DNA of 64,000 nucleotides from an uncultured Clostridia bacterium (GCA_944383245.1 CALWOU010000003.1:96-64095); one strand, 5' to 3'. Numbered from the stretch's first letter, positions 48,326 to 58,681 are shown. Notes: generated by a model from the sequence alone, not told the origin. Numbers and translations: made by a program.

Positions 48326-50734
48326 TTAAATTACAATATTGAAAATTCTATTTGGAATGTAGATAATTTTTTTAATTTCGCCTGTTATATAGTCTTTAAC
48401 CTCATCCGTTGCAAGGCGCTTAATTTCATCCTCACTAAGTGTTTTGCTAACTATAATTTTTCCGCGCAACTTCCCGTTCACTTGAATTGGAATTTCTATT
48501 TTGTCTGTTACAAGTTTACTTTCATCATAATTTGGCCAACTTTCGTATGCAATTGTTTTATTATGCCCTAAATCTTGCCATAATTCTTCGGTTATAAACG
48601 GACAAACAGGATTTAACAACTTTAAAAATCCTTCTGCGTATTCGCGTGGGAATGTTTCTTCTTTAACTAGGTTGTTTATAAAAATCATCATTTGAGAAAT
48701 AGCCGTGTTAAAGTTCAAACTCTCAAAATCTTCGGTCACTTTTTTTACTGTGTAATTATAAACATAATCTAAATTTTTATTTTCGCCGTCGATAATTTTC
48801 TTTTCTTTATAGCACCTAAACACACGGTCTAAAAATTTTCTAGCACCATTCACACCATTATCATCCCAAGGTTTACTATCTTGAAGTGGACCCATAAACA
48901 TTTCATATAAACGCAAAGTATCTGCACCTAGTTTTTCTTTAACTTGGTTTGGGTCAACCACAAATTTAGGATAGCGCTTGCCCATTTTTATTCCGTTTGC
49001 ACCCAAAATCATACCTTGATGCACTAACTTCTTAAACGGTTCACTAACCGGGCACAAGCCTTTGTCAAACAAATAGTTTGTCCACATCCTTGAATATAGT
49101 AAATGCCCAACTGCGTGCTCTGGTCCACCTAAATACAAATCAACCGGAAGCCAATGTTTCATTAACTCGTAATCTGCGAATTCTTTGTCATTATGCGGGT
49201 CAACATAACGCAAGAAATACCAACTAGACCCTGCGCTTCCCGGCATTGTGTTTGTTTCGCGAGTGTAATGTTTGCCGTCTTTAATAACATTAACCCACTC
49301 AGTTGCTTTTATGAGTGGCGAAGAGCCATCTTTTGCAGGTTTATAATCTTTAACATATGGAAGAACAAGTGGCAATTCGTTATCATCAAGAGCTACCACC
49401 TCGCCGTTATCTCCGTGCAAAATAGGAATAGGTTCGCCCCAATATCTTTGACGCGCAAACACCCAATCACGCAAGTGATAATTTACAGTTCTCTTTGCTT
49501 TGCCCATTCTTTCAAGTTTGTTTGTGATTGCCTCTTTTGCTTGTTCGACCGTTAGCCCTGTGAATTCTTCGCTGTTTATCAACTTGCAACCTTTTCCTAG
49601 ATAATCTTGCTTTTCGAATGCGTGCTTTGATGTGTCTGCCCCGTCTATCACTTGAATCATAGGAATATTGTGAACAATTGCGTACTCGTAGTCGCGTTGG
49701 TCGTGGCTTGGAACTGCCATAACTGCACCTGTTCCATAACTTGCGAGCACAAAATCCCCGATGAAAATTGGCACAACTTTTCCGTTTGCTGGATTGATTG
49801 CCATAACACCTTTTAGTTGAACACCTGTTTTACCTTTATTTAAATCGGTTCGCTCTTTATCTGTTAGTTTTGCCGTTTCTTTTCTATACTTATCAACCTC
49901 ATCCCAATTTGTGATGCGTGGCTTTAATTCGTCCACAAGTTTACTATCTGGCGCCATAACCATAAAGGTTATACCATATATCGTTTCAATACAGGTTGTG
50001 AAAATAGAAAATTTTCCACCGCCAACAATATCTAATTCAACTTCCACTCCGGTTGACTTTCCTATCCAATTTCGTTGCATTGCTTTTGTGGATTCTGGCC
50101 AATCAATTTTATCCAAACCAGCAAGCAATTTTTCGGCATATTTTGGAGTGTCAATAGCCCATTGCTTCATATACTTTTTAACAACAGGGAAACCTCCGCG
50201 CTCGCTTTTTCCGTCTATAACCTCATCGTTTGCAAGCACGCATCCAAGACCTTCACACCAATTCACTTGAATTTCTTTTTCTTTAGCAATACCATCTAGA
50301 TATAATTGCTTGAATATCCATTGCGTCCATTTATAATAACTTGGGTCGCTTGTTGAAATAGTTTTATCCCAATCGTAAGAAAAGCCCATATTTTTTAGTT
50401 GATTAACAAAATACTCAATATTTTTCTCTGTAAACACGTTTGGATGATTGCCTGTGTCTATCGCGTACTGCTCGGCAGAAAGACCAAACGAGTCAAATCC
50501 CATTGGGTGCAAAACATTATACCCTTGCATCCTTTTCATACGCGCAACAATATCGCTTGCAGTGTAACCTTCTGTGTGACCAACGTGAAGCCCCGCGCCA
50601 GACGGATAAGGAAACATATCTAAAACATAATATTTTGGACGCGAAAAATCTCTTAAATCAGTTGAAAATGTTTTATTCTCCAACCAATACTTTTTCCATT
50701 TTGCTTCAATTTCTCTGTGGTTATATTCGTTCAT
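48326..50734 (-). CDS. leuS: leucine--tRNA ligase
   Basis: 'PYPSGAGLHVGHTEGY' (HIGH), 'GIKMGKRYPKF' (KMSKS variant); 802 aa. Confidence 0.97.
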   Translation of the reverse strand: MNEYNHREIEAKWKKYWLENKTFSTDLRDFSRPKYYVLDMFPYPSGAGLHVGHTEGYTASDIVARMKRMQGYNVLHPMGFDSFGLSAEQYAIDTGNHPNVFTEKNIEYFVNQLKNMGFSYDWDKTISTSDPSYYKWTQWIFKQLYLDGIAKEKEIQVNWCEGLGCVLANDEVIDGKSERGGFPVVKKYMKQWAIDTPKYAEKLLAGLDKIDWPESTKAMQRNWIGKSTGVEVELDIVGGGKFSIFTTCIETIYGITFMVMAPDSKLVDELKPRITNWDEVDKYRKETAKLTDKERTDLNKGKTGVQLKGVMAINPANGKVVPIFIGDFVLASYGTGAVMAVPSHDQRDYEYAIVHNIPMIQVIDGADTSKHAFEKQDYLGKGCKLINSEEFTGLTVEQAKEAITNKLERMGKAKRTVNYHLRDWVFARQRYWGEPIPILHGDNGEVVALDDNELPLVLPYVKDYKPAKDGSSPLIKATEWVNVIKDGKHYTRETNTMPGSAGSSWYFLRYVDPHNDKEFADYELMKHWLPVDLYLGGPEHAVGHLLYSRMWTNYLFDKGLCPVSEPFKKLVHQGMILGANGIKMGKRYPKFVVDPNQVKEKLGADTLRLYEMFMGPLQDSKPWDDNGVNGARKFLDRVFRCYKEKKIIDGENKNLDYVYNYTVKKVTEDFESLNFNTAISQMMIFINNLVKEETFPREYAEGFLKLLNPVCPFITEELWQDLGHNKTIAYESWPNYDESKLVTDKIEIPIQVNGKLRGKIIVSKTLSEDEIKRLATDEVKDYITGEIKKIIYIPNRIFNIVI

Positions 50735-50863
50735 ATTTTCTCCTTATAGACTTAAATTTTATAAAAAAATTAATTTTATCTTAAAATTTTAAATTTTTTT
50801 AACATTTTTTTCAATTTTTTGCGCAATTTCTTATAATTTTTAATTTTTTTTATAATTTTTATT

Positions 50864-50886
50864 AAAAATGACAGTGTGAACTGTCA
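50864..50886 (-). terminator. rho-independent terminator after 51095 gene
   Basis: Minus strand 'tgacagt tcac actgtca ttttt'. Confidence 0.7.
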
Positions 50887-51094
50887 AATTCCTATATTTA
50901 TTTTTATGCGTAAGTTGCAGTTCAAATCTATGATAGTATTATATCATAAAATTTAAATATTGTAAAGAAAAAATATGTAAAATTATATAACGCGTTATTG
51001 AGAAATATGCATAAAATTATTCATTAGTAAAATTTAGATTTTTTATCTATTTGGTTTAAATTTATAAATTAAATCGTTTTAAAATTTGTAGTTT

Positions 51095-51733
51095 TCATTT
51101 TGTTAAAATACTTAAATGTTTCACTTCGCGAACTAATTCATTCCACCAAAAAACAACTTCTTTTCTATATCGTTTTTTTAGTTTTTCAATCATTTTATTT
51201 TCTTTTTCGGTCAGATTTTCAATTTTATTTGAAAGTATTCTCTCAACTGAATTTTGCACCACAGGTTTTAAATGTTTTAAAAAAGTTGAATCCGCTTCTA
51301 AAATTGGTTTTAAATATTTTATATCAACATACTTAATGTATCGCGGGTCACAAATAACTAACTCTAAAATTTCATCCGCAGTTTTTGGAAATCTCATCAA
51401 CATTGGCAATAGTGTTGAATAATCATCATCTAGCACTATATTTTTGCTTTGTCCGTCAAAGCCAAAAATTGCAATGCTATCGTAAAATCCTTTGTTGTGC
51501 TTTCCAACAAAAAATTTACCTTTTAATGGATAGGTTAAAATTTTACCCTTTCTATTTTTTATTAGCGTTACACACCCGTTTTCAACATCCACATACTCAC
51601 ATTTTAAATAACTATCTCCATACAATTTGTCAACATAATGCATTTCACTTCCTAAGTTTGTCAACCCTTCGTCTTTTACAGATTTTATCAAATCACTAAT
51701 AGGTTTATTTAAACAAAAATAATCAATATACAT
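51095..51733 (-). CDS. hypothetical protein (212 aa)
   Basis: Intact ORF with AGGAGAG RBS. No family recognised. Confidence 0.6.
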   Translation of the reverse strand: MYIDYFCLNKPISDLIKSVKDEGLTNLGSEMHYVDKLYGDSYLKCEYVDVENGCVTLIKNRKGKILTYPLKGKFFVGKHNKGFYDSIAIFGFDGQSKNIVLDDDYSTLLPMLMRFPKTADEILELVICDPRYIKYVDIKYLKPILEADSTFLKHLKPVVQNSVERILSNKIENLTEKENKMIEKLKKRYRKEVVFWWNELVREVKHLSILTK

Positions 51734-51982
51734 AACTCTCCTTTTAAAGTAAAATTATATATGTTGATTATAAAAAATATATTCATAAAAAATATTTTAC
51801 AATTTACATATTAAAAATAAACTTTTATAAAAACTAAAAAATTTTTTGTTTTTTAACGATTTTTTGTAATTTTTATAAAATTTCTTTTTGTTTTTACAAT
51901 TTTTTTTTAAAAAATGCGCATATTTACATATGCACATATAAAATTTTTTATTTAATTAATTAGCAATTTTGACCACCTTTCC

Positions 51983-52095
51983 AAACTTTGTTTTGCGGAA
52001 ACCCTTTTGAAACAAACGCTCCTTTAAGTTTCTATTGTTAAAGTAGTTTTATTGTTATATTTACTTTATCTTGGTACAAAACTATTGCAGGGAGC
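51983..52095. repeat. 113-nt direct repeat, distal copy
   Basis: ~95% identical to 52175-52287 (about 6 mismatches by eye). Holds a pseudo-copy of the last 9 codons of the DUF1540-like gene. Confidence 0.85.
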
Positions 52096-52174
52096 CTCGT
52101 CAGATATTGCACTCTTACTCGTTTCCATTTTTAATGGAAACTTCGCTTTTGTTTATATCTTCCTCTTTCCCACA

Positions 52175-52287
52175 AAACTTTGTTTTCTGGGAACCCTTTT
52201 GAAACAAACGCTCCTTTAAGTTTCTATTGTTAAAATAGTTTTATTGTTATATTTACTTTATCTGGGTACAAAACTATTGCAAGGAGC
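52175..52287. repeat. 113-nt direct repeat, proximal copy (overlaps gene 3' end)
   Basis: See 51983-52095. Period 192 nt. Confidence 0.85.
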
Positions 52288-52572
52288 GTTTGTTTGTTCA
52301 CTGCCAACGAAAATTCCATTTGAAAAACATTCGTTATTTTTATTAAAAATGCAGTTCTCACTATCGCACATAATATTCATATTTTTGCAATGATGATAAG
52401 GTGCGACATCCGGTTCGTGCGAAAACATATCACGTGAAACATCTTCAACAAGTTTATTATCATCAATATGCAAATCTTTGCAATCCGCCTTTTCATTTAC
52501 TTGCAAATTCTTTCTACTGCATTTTGCCTTATCATTATAAATGCAACTATATTTTCTGCAAACTACATCCAT
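52258..52572 (-). CDS. Cys-rich DUF1540-like protein (104 aa)
   Basis: Start at 'MDVVCRKYSCIYN' (GAGGTAG RBS). Two repeats of C..(x)C.YN....C..(x)...V pattern: 'CRKYSCIYNDKAKCSRKNLQV', 'CDSENCIFNKNNECFSNGIFV'. Confidence 0.65.
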   Translation of the reverse strand: MDVVCRKYSCIYNDKAKCSRKNLQVNEKADCKDLHIDDNKLVEDVSRDMFSHEPDVAPYHHCKNMNIMCDSENCIFNKNNECFSNGIFVGSEQTNAPCNSFVPR

Positions 52573-52861
52573 ATTTTCTACCTCTATAATATTTTTAACA
52601 ACTAATAAAAAGTTATTCAAAAGAGAAAGAATTGATTTAAGATTGCGTGTAAAAAATAAAAAATTTATAAAAATATATAAAAATTTCATTAAAATTTAAT
52701 AAAAACACGTTATTTTCTTAATTTTTTTAAAATTTTTTTTGATTTTTTATTTTAATTTTTGTTTTTTACTTAATAGATTATTTGTATTTACATTTTTTAC
52801 TATTTCTTTTTTTCATTTAAATAAAAAAATTATTAAAACAAAATTTGTGTTTTGCTATAAT

Positions 52862-52890
52862 TTGACAATATATAATTTTTGTGTTATAAT
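52862..52890 (+). promoter_or_regulatory. consensus promoter (TTGACA-17-TATAAT) for rplI
   Basis: ttgaca 52862-52867, tataat 52885-52890. Confidence 0.65.
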
Positions 52891-52905
52891 AATTATGGAG
52901 AGAGT

Positions 52906-53349
52906 ATGAAAGTTATATTAAAAAAAGATTTAAAAGGCAAAGGAAAGGCGGGCGATATAATTGACGTCAATCCAAATTATGCAAACAATGTTTTAGTAAA
53001 GCAAGGTATTGCGATTGTTGCAAATGCAAGCACTTTAAACGACCACAAAGGAAAGCAAGAAGCAAAAGTTTTTCATCACGGAGAAATGGTTAAAGAATAT
53101 CTTAGTTTAGCGGATAAAATTAAAAATAAAGTGTACAATTTCACATTAAATGTTGGCGCAAACGGAAAGGCTTTTGGCTCAATCACTAAGCAAGAAATTT
53201 TAAATACGCTAAGCCAGGACGGAATTAAAATTGAAAAAAATCAAATAAAAGATTTTCCATCAATTAAAGGTGTTGGGCAATATAAGATAACACTTCAATT
53301 AATAAAAGAAGTTAGTGTTGACATTATTGCAAATGTAAACATTAAATAA
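52906..53349 (+). CDS. rplI: 50S ribosomal protein L9
   Basis: 'MKVILKKDLKGKGKAGDIIDV..GYANN.L'-type N-terminus; 147 aa. Confidence 0.92.
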   Translation: MKVILKKDLKGKGKAGDIIDVNPNYANNVLVKQGIAIVANASTLNDHKGKQEAKVFHHGEMVKEYLSLADKIKNKVYNFTLNVGANGKAFGSITKQEILNTLSQDGIKIEKNQIKDFPSIKGVGQYKITLQLIKEVSVDIIANVNIK

Positions 53350-53415
53350 TTAAATTTTAAAATCCATTAGAATAAAAAATCATTAAAAAATTAAAATTTT
53401 TATAAATTTTAAAGA

Positions 53416-53463
53416 AAAAAATCACACATTTTAGTTAATTTTCATAAATGTGTGATTTTTTTT
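53416..53463. terminator. bidirectional terminator
   Basis: 'atcacacatt'...'aatgtgtgat' with A7 and T8 runs. Confidence 0.8.
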
Positions 53464-53546
53464 AATATATATTTTATTAAATAAATTAAAGTTTTTATTT
53501 TTTATTAATTTTAATTTATTTAACTTACAATTTTTTTGTTTGCTTT

Positions 53547-54911
53547 TTAATATGCTACTTTTTTAATAATATAGTCAACCAATTCGTTTATGGTTAGTCG
53601 GATTTGTTCCATTGTGTCGCGGTCACGAATTGTTACAGTGTTATCGTTTAAAGTGTCAAAATCAATGGTTACACACATTGGTGTTCCTATTTCATCTTGA
53701 CGGCGATATCTTTTTCCAATTGAACCTGCCTCGTCGTAACTCACCATAAAATAATTAGATAAAATTTTATAAACTTCGCGCGCTTTATCGCTTAGATTTT
53801 TTTGAAGTGGCAAAACTGCGACTTTATATGGTGCAATGCTTGGGTGGAAGTGCATAACAACACGTGTTTCGCCATCACTTAATTTTTCTTCATCATATGC
53901 TTCGCATAAAACTGCAAGTGTTAATCTATCCGCACCGATTGAATATTCAACAACGTTTGGAATATATTTTTCGTTTGTGTATGGGTCAAGGTATAACATA
54001 GATTTTCCGCTAAACTCTTGGTGACGCGATAAATCCCAATCTCCTCTATGATGAATTCCGTTTAATTCTTCCCAACCAATTGGATAAAGATATTGAATGT
54101 CGCAAGCAGCTTTTGCGTAATGCGCCAATTTATCGTGGTCGTGGAAACGCAAATGTTCAGGATTGAAGCCAAGAGACAATAAGAAATCGTATGCCTTTTG
54201 CTTAAATTCGTTGTAATACTTCATACTTTCATCGGCACGGCAAAACCATTGATGTTCCATTTGCTCAAACTCGATTGTGCGGAAAGTAAAGTTTCCAGGG
54301 GTTACTTCGTTACGAAATGCTTTACCAATTTGTGCAATTCCAAACGGCACTTTCGCGCGCATACTTCTTTGAACATTTAAGAAATTTACAAACTCACCTT
54401 GCGCTGTTTCTGGGCGAAGATAAATTAGATTTTGACCTTCATCTGTTACTCCGCGCGAGGTTGAAAACATAAGGTTAAAATTTCGAATAGGTGTCCAATC
54501 GCATTTTCCACATTTTGGGCAACACACGTGGTGCTCTTTAATGTAGGCTTCCATTTGTTCGTTTGTCATAGTGTCTGGGTTAACACTGCCCTTTGAATCT
54601 GCCTCAATTAGATTGTCCGCTCTATGCCTTGTTTTACAACTTTTGCAATCCATTTTAGGGTCGGAAAAACTTGCAGTGTGACCGCTTGCATCCCACACTT
54701 TGCTATTCATAAAAATGTCTGCATCAATACCAAAAGAATTTTCACTTTTTTGTACAAACGTTTTCCACCAAGCGCGTTTAATATTGTTTTTCAATTCAAC
54801 CCCAACCGGGCCATAATCCCAAGTGTTTGCAAGTCCGTCGTAAATATCACTACCCGGAAAAATAATTCCTCTACTTTTACACAAATTTACTATTTTATCA
54901 AAATTTCCCAT
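53547..54911 (-). CDS. glyQS: glycine--tRNA ligase (dimeric alpha2 type)
   Basis: Start at 'MGNFDKIVNLCKSRGIIFPGSDIYDG'. Motif 2 'GKAFRNEVTPGNFTFRTIEFEQME'. Confidence 0.96.
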   Translation of the reverse strand: MGNFDKIVNLCKSRGIIFPGSDIYDGLANTWDYGPVGVELKNNIKRAWWKTFVQKSENSFGIDADIFMNSKVWDASGHTASFSDPKMDCKSCKTRHRADNLIEADSKGSVNPDTMTNEQMEAYIKEHHVCCPKCGKCDWTPIRNFNLMFSTSRGVTDEGQNLIYLRPETAQGEFVNFLNVQRSMRAKVPFGIAQIGKAFRNEVTPGNFTFRTIEFEQMEHQWFCRADESMKYYNEFKQKAYDFLLSLGFNPEHLRFHDHDKLAHYAKAACDIQYLYPIGWEELNGIHHRGDWDLSRHQEFSGKSMLYLDPYTNEKYIPNVVEYSIGADRLTLAVLCEAYDEEKLSDGETRVVMHFHPSIAPYKVAVLPLQKNLSDKAREVYKILSNYFMVSYDEAGSIGKRYRRQDEIGTPMCVTIDFDTLNDNTVTIRDRDTMEQIRLTINELVDYIIKKVAY

Positions 54912-55037
54912 AATCTCTCCTTTTATGTTTATATGCACATTTATTCATTTATTAAATTTTTCTAATTATTTTAATCATTTTAACAATTTTTTGTTTTTAA
55001 TTTTTTTTAATTTTGCGGTTTTTTCTTTTACTAAAAC

Positions 55038-55345
55038 AAAAAACCGCCACCATATGCCAAATAATGTAACACTCAAGTTAAATACAAAAATATTACATTA
55101 CAATTTAATAGTTTCATTTACTAAACACTTAAACAAAACTAATTAAATTTTTAGCATAGGGACGGCTTTTTACCGCGGTTCCACCCTATTTGGCAAACTC
55201 AATAATTTTTAACTAATTAAATTTATACAATAAGTTGATTAATTTTAAATTTAAATTGTAATAAATTATTTTTTGCCCACTTAATTTCTTTTATCGCAAA
55301 GAGAAACGGATATCTTTTCAATATCTCCAAGCAAATCGCCACTTT
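55038..55345 (-). promoter_or_regulatory. T-box leader (glycine) upstream of glyQS
   Basis: The minus strand has the T-box sequence 'AAAUAGGGUGGAACCGCGGUAAAAAGCCGUCCCUAU' (55154-55191). The bulge UGGA matches the UCCA 3' end of tRNA-Gly. The candidate terminator 3' strand is 'GGCAUAUGGUGGCGGUUUUUU' (55038-55058). Confidence 0.75.
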
Positions 55346-55355
55346 GCTTATTGGA

Positions 55356-58300
55356 TTATAAACTATGTGAGTTTACATTTAATTTTTCATAAATTTCTTT
55401 ATATAGATTTCTTGCAGCGTCCACCTTTTCCCCAGCCAACATTGACATTTTTTTAGGGCTTCGTAATTTCTTTTCTGCATTAGTTATCAGGCGAACTTTA
55501 TCTAGAACAATCGCTCTTTCATTTTCTGTTATTTCTTCATTCTTTTCTAGTTTGGATTTAATTTGCACTAAGAATTTAAAATAATCTTCCAAGGTCATTC
55601 TCGGAATAGGGTTAGATGACAGATCTCTAGTTCTGCTTCTGCTTCTTTTTGCTCTCTTAGAATGCTCTACATTAGGTTGTCGTGTATTGTGCGTTTCATC
55701 ACCACTAGGTCCTGTTGGAGTTGGATTTGCTTCGTCGTTATATTTAGAAACAATCGGTTTAGACACATATTCAACACCTTTTGAGTGATTTTTAAGTTTT
55801 TTCCTTAAAGAAATTGCCACTTGATCAAGTTCATTTGCCCTTTCAGTTCTTTTTTCTTTATCAAGAGCTTTCTTTTCTTCTTTAGATAATTTAATAGGGC
55901 TAAATTCAACCCCGTCGTTATATTCAAAACTATCTAACGCTCTAATTTCATCGGCAGTTAAATTTTCAGTTTTACCAAACATCTTAGCAAGCACAAGCCC
56001 GCGCATACGTTCAGCCTTAGCCTCTAATTGGTCTAACGATTTATCTTTTTCTGTGATTTGACCTTGGGAAGAGTAACTTGTTAATTTGCCTTCGTATTCT
56101 GCCTTTAAATTATCTAATTCAAGTTTTAGGGTTGGGTCACGTTTAACTGCTTTTTCAAGTTTGGTTATTTTCTTTTTAAGCCCGGTCATCATCTCGCGAT
56201 ATTCACTCATAAGAGGAGCATTGCCCTCGTTTACTTCTGCAACACCATTCACAACTTTAAATTCTGAATAGTATTTTGACCTATGCATAGATAACATTGT
56301 TTCATTTATCTGGTCGTACGCATACAAGAATTTTCTCTCCAACTCTGCCTTCTGTTGTTCTTTCTCTTGAGGAGATAGTTTTGCGTTTTTATCTATATTT
56401 GCAGTGTCCTCTTTAATTTTATCATACAATTGTTGAAGTTCTTTTTCAACTTGCTTTGTTCTTTCTTTTCTGTTAACTTCTGTTTTATCTTTGTATTTAT
56501 ATTGCCTATGATTATGGTTATACGCTCTAATTCCATTCACAATAGGAATACCTATTGCCGAACCGACTGCTGCACCCGCCAAAGCGATTGCCACTGCTGG
56601 CACTGCCACTAACACAAGTATACCTGCAAGAGACGTTCCAGCGCCTGCAAACCTTGCCATCCACTCGCCCCAAACTTTAAAGCCTTCTTTGTTTGCTTTC
56701 TTTAAATCGAAATGCGGACCACCGATAAGTTCATCTTTTCTAGCATCGTATTTTAAAGGGTTCATTTTCAAGAAATTGTAGTTATCTTTTTGGTTTGCAT
56801 AGTCTGTTTCGTATCTATAATCCACATCAAGATATCTTTGTTGACCCTCTGCAAGTTTAACAAGTTCGCCTCTATCATCCACAACATATTCAAGAGCATA
56901 TTCGCCATTTTTATATGCTTCTATCACTCTTTTTTGTTGCTCTAAAATTTGTTCATCGGTTGCAATTTTTTCACTACTGTTTGGCTTTTTAATAACCAAA
57001 CAATCGTGCGCATAATCGCCAGGTTTATTAGTAGTTTGAATAATATCACACTCTTTTAGCGCTTTTGCTGACCTTTTTAATTTGTGCGCGTTTGATAAGT
57101 GAATTTTCACACCTGCGACCATTCTTTCTGGGCTTTTATCAAATATATCTTTACCAACAATCATTCCTTGTTGTTTGCCAGATGAATCAGTGTAGGTTAC
57201 ATAATACGCGTCAAAATTATTGTCGTTTGTATAGTCATACGCAATTGGTCTAACCACCGATTTTTCGTTTATAAATCTACCGTCTGCCAATTTTAAAACA
57301 GCATTATCTGCTAATACATCATCTTTTGAATAACTTGCTATGCGTTGCTTTCTCACTGAATAAGTGAAACTTGCTTGCTCGAAAGTTAGAGGTTCGGTTT
57401 CAATATATTTATCATCTTGTTTGATTAACAATCTTTGACCAACTAATTGATTAATAAATTCTTTATATTCACTATCTGTTGAAGAAATATATTTAAGAGG
57501 TTTGTCAGCACCACCGCTAGCATTCATAGTGAACAAACTATCAATGCTTACCATAACAGGCACAGATTGACCTTTTATAGTAAGTTGAAGATATTCGCCA
57601 GAACCATTAGTTTTAATATTAAAATTTCTAACCTCAAGGCGCACAGCACCATCAATTTTTCTAAAAATCTGCTCAGAATAGGCGCCGTCTATTGATTCGG
57701 TGTGCATTTTAGGTTGCCCGTTCGTTTCTTTTACAACATTGCCGTCTTTATCAAATTCATACGTTTCGCGCGTTAAAGTTGCTAGGTCAATCCTCTCTTG
57801 TGCTACCGCTTTTTTAAATGTGAATGTTGAACCTACGTAAATATTGCTTACTCGCTTTCCTTTAGACGTAAATAGGTTTTTATTTTCAAAATCGCTCACA
57901 TTTTTTCCAACAAGCGATACAAATGCACCATTTTCATAATATCCAATTTGAGATAAGCCTAAGAAACAATAATTGCTTTCGTTATCAAGTTTAACGTAGG
58001 CATATTGACCTCTTGCCGATTTAAAAGAATCTTGCTTAATGACCGGATTCACGCGCTTTAATCCGTCAAAAATATCATCGCCAGTGGCTGTAACATATGT
58101 TGATTCATATTGCGTTGGAATGGTTAGTTTTCTTGTTACAAGCCTTGCTCCGCCAGACTCAACATTACCTATTCTTGGCACATCAAAACTTTGACCATTA
58201 ACCCTATATTTAACATTGCCAACCAAAACGCCAGCATTCAAATTGCGAATAAAATCTGAATATGAAGTGATTTTTCGATAATCTCTTGTGGTTGATGTTA

Positions 58301-58463
58301 GATTACTGCCCGAAACAACTAAAATTTCTAGGTCGGAAAGCCTAACAGGGGTAGTAACTTCTTGCCCGCCCTGATTACGCTTAAATTCAACATAAATGTC
58401 ATCTAAACTTAGTCCTGAACCTCTGGAATATGCAACATATTCATCTGTTTCAATAACTGCCAT
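55356..58463 (-). CDS. giant hairpin-anchored membrane protein (1035 aa) with coiled-coil C-terminal half
   Basis: No signal peptide, ~590-aa N-terminal region, G/A-rich TM hairpin 'FAGAGTSLAGILVLVAVPAVAIALAGAAVGSAIGIPIV', then a K/E-rich coiled coil and a basic 'KRAKRSRSRTR' stretch. Confidence 0.75.
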   Translation of the reverse strand: MAVIETDEYVAYSRGSGLSLDDIYVEFKRNQGGQEVTTPVRLSDLEILVVSGSNLTSTTRDYRKITSYSDFIRNLNAGVLVGNVKYRVNGQSFDVPRIGNVESGGARLVTRKLTIPTQYESTYVTATGDDIFDGLKRVNPVIKQDSFKSARGQYAYVKLDNESNYCFLGLSQIGYYENGAFVSLVGKNVSDFENKNLFTSKGKRVSNIYVGSTFTFKKAVAQERIDLATLTRETYEFDKDGNVVKETNGQPKMHTESIDGAYSEQIFRKIDGAVRLEVRNFNIKTNGSGEYLQLTIKGQSVPVMVSIDSLFTMNASGGADKPLKYISSTDSEYKEFINQLVGQRLLIKQDDKYIETEPLTFEQASFTYSVRKQRIASYSKDDVLADNAVLKLADGRFINEKSVVRPIAYDYTNDNNFDAYYVTYTDSSGKQQGMIVGKDIFDKSPERMVAGVKIHLSNAHKLKRSAKALKECDIIQTTNKPGDYAHDCLVIKKPNSSEKIATDEQILEQQKRVIEAYKNGEYALEYVVDDRGELVKLAEGQQRYLDVDYRYETDYANQKDNYNFLKMNPLKYDARKDELIGGPHFDLKKANKEGFKVWGEWMARFAGAGTSLAGILVLVAVPAVAIALAGAAVGSAIGIPIVNGIRAYNHNHRQYKYKDKTEVNRKERTKQVEKELQQLYDKIKEDTANIDKNAKLSPQEKEQQKAELERKFLYAYDQINETMLSMHRSKYYSEFKVVNGVAEVNEGNAPLMSEYREMMTGLKKKITKLEKAVKRDPTLKLELDNLKAEYEGKLTSYSSQGQITEKDKSLDQLEAKAERMRGLVLAKMFGKTENLTADEIRALDSFEYNDGVEFSPIKLSKEEKKALDKEKRTERANELDQVAISLRKKLKNHSKGVEYVSKPIVSKYNDEANPTPTGPSGDETHNTRQPNVEHSKRAKRSRSRTRDLSSNPIPRMTLEDYFKFLVQIKSKLEKNEEITENERAIVLDKVRLITNAEKKLRSPKKMSMLAGEKVDAARNLYKEIYEKLNVNSHSL

Positions 58464-58681
58464 TTCTACCTCTTAATGAGATTATATCACAAACAAAAAC
58501 AAAAATCAATATTTCTAACCCAAATATTTCATTTCTCCCACCTAAATTAATATTACTTTTTTTACATTTTGTTCCTAAATTTTGCCTAAAAAATAAAAAC
58601 ACAATGCGTGGCGCTTTTATGTGCGGAGCAACAGGGATGTAAATCAATACAAATAATAATTGTAAGATAAATAATTTTTCT

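Noticed and set aside
52130-52200. Small ORFs in the duplicated DUF1540 3' UTR starting at TTG after 'aaaggag' (30 aa and 19 aa on the minus strand)
   Set aside because: The SD-to-start spacing is only ~3 nt, and the differences between the two copies are non-synonymous and change the ORF length. RNA structure explains the conservation better.
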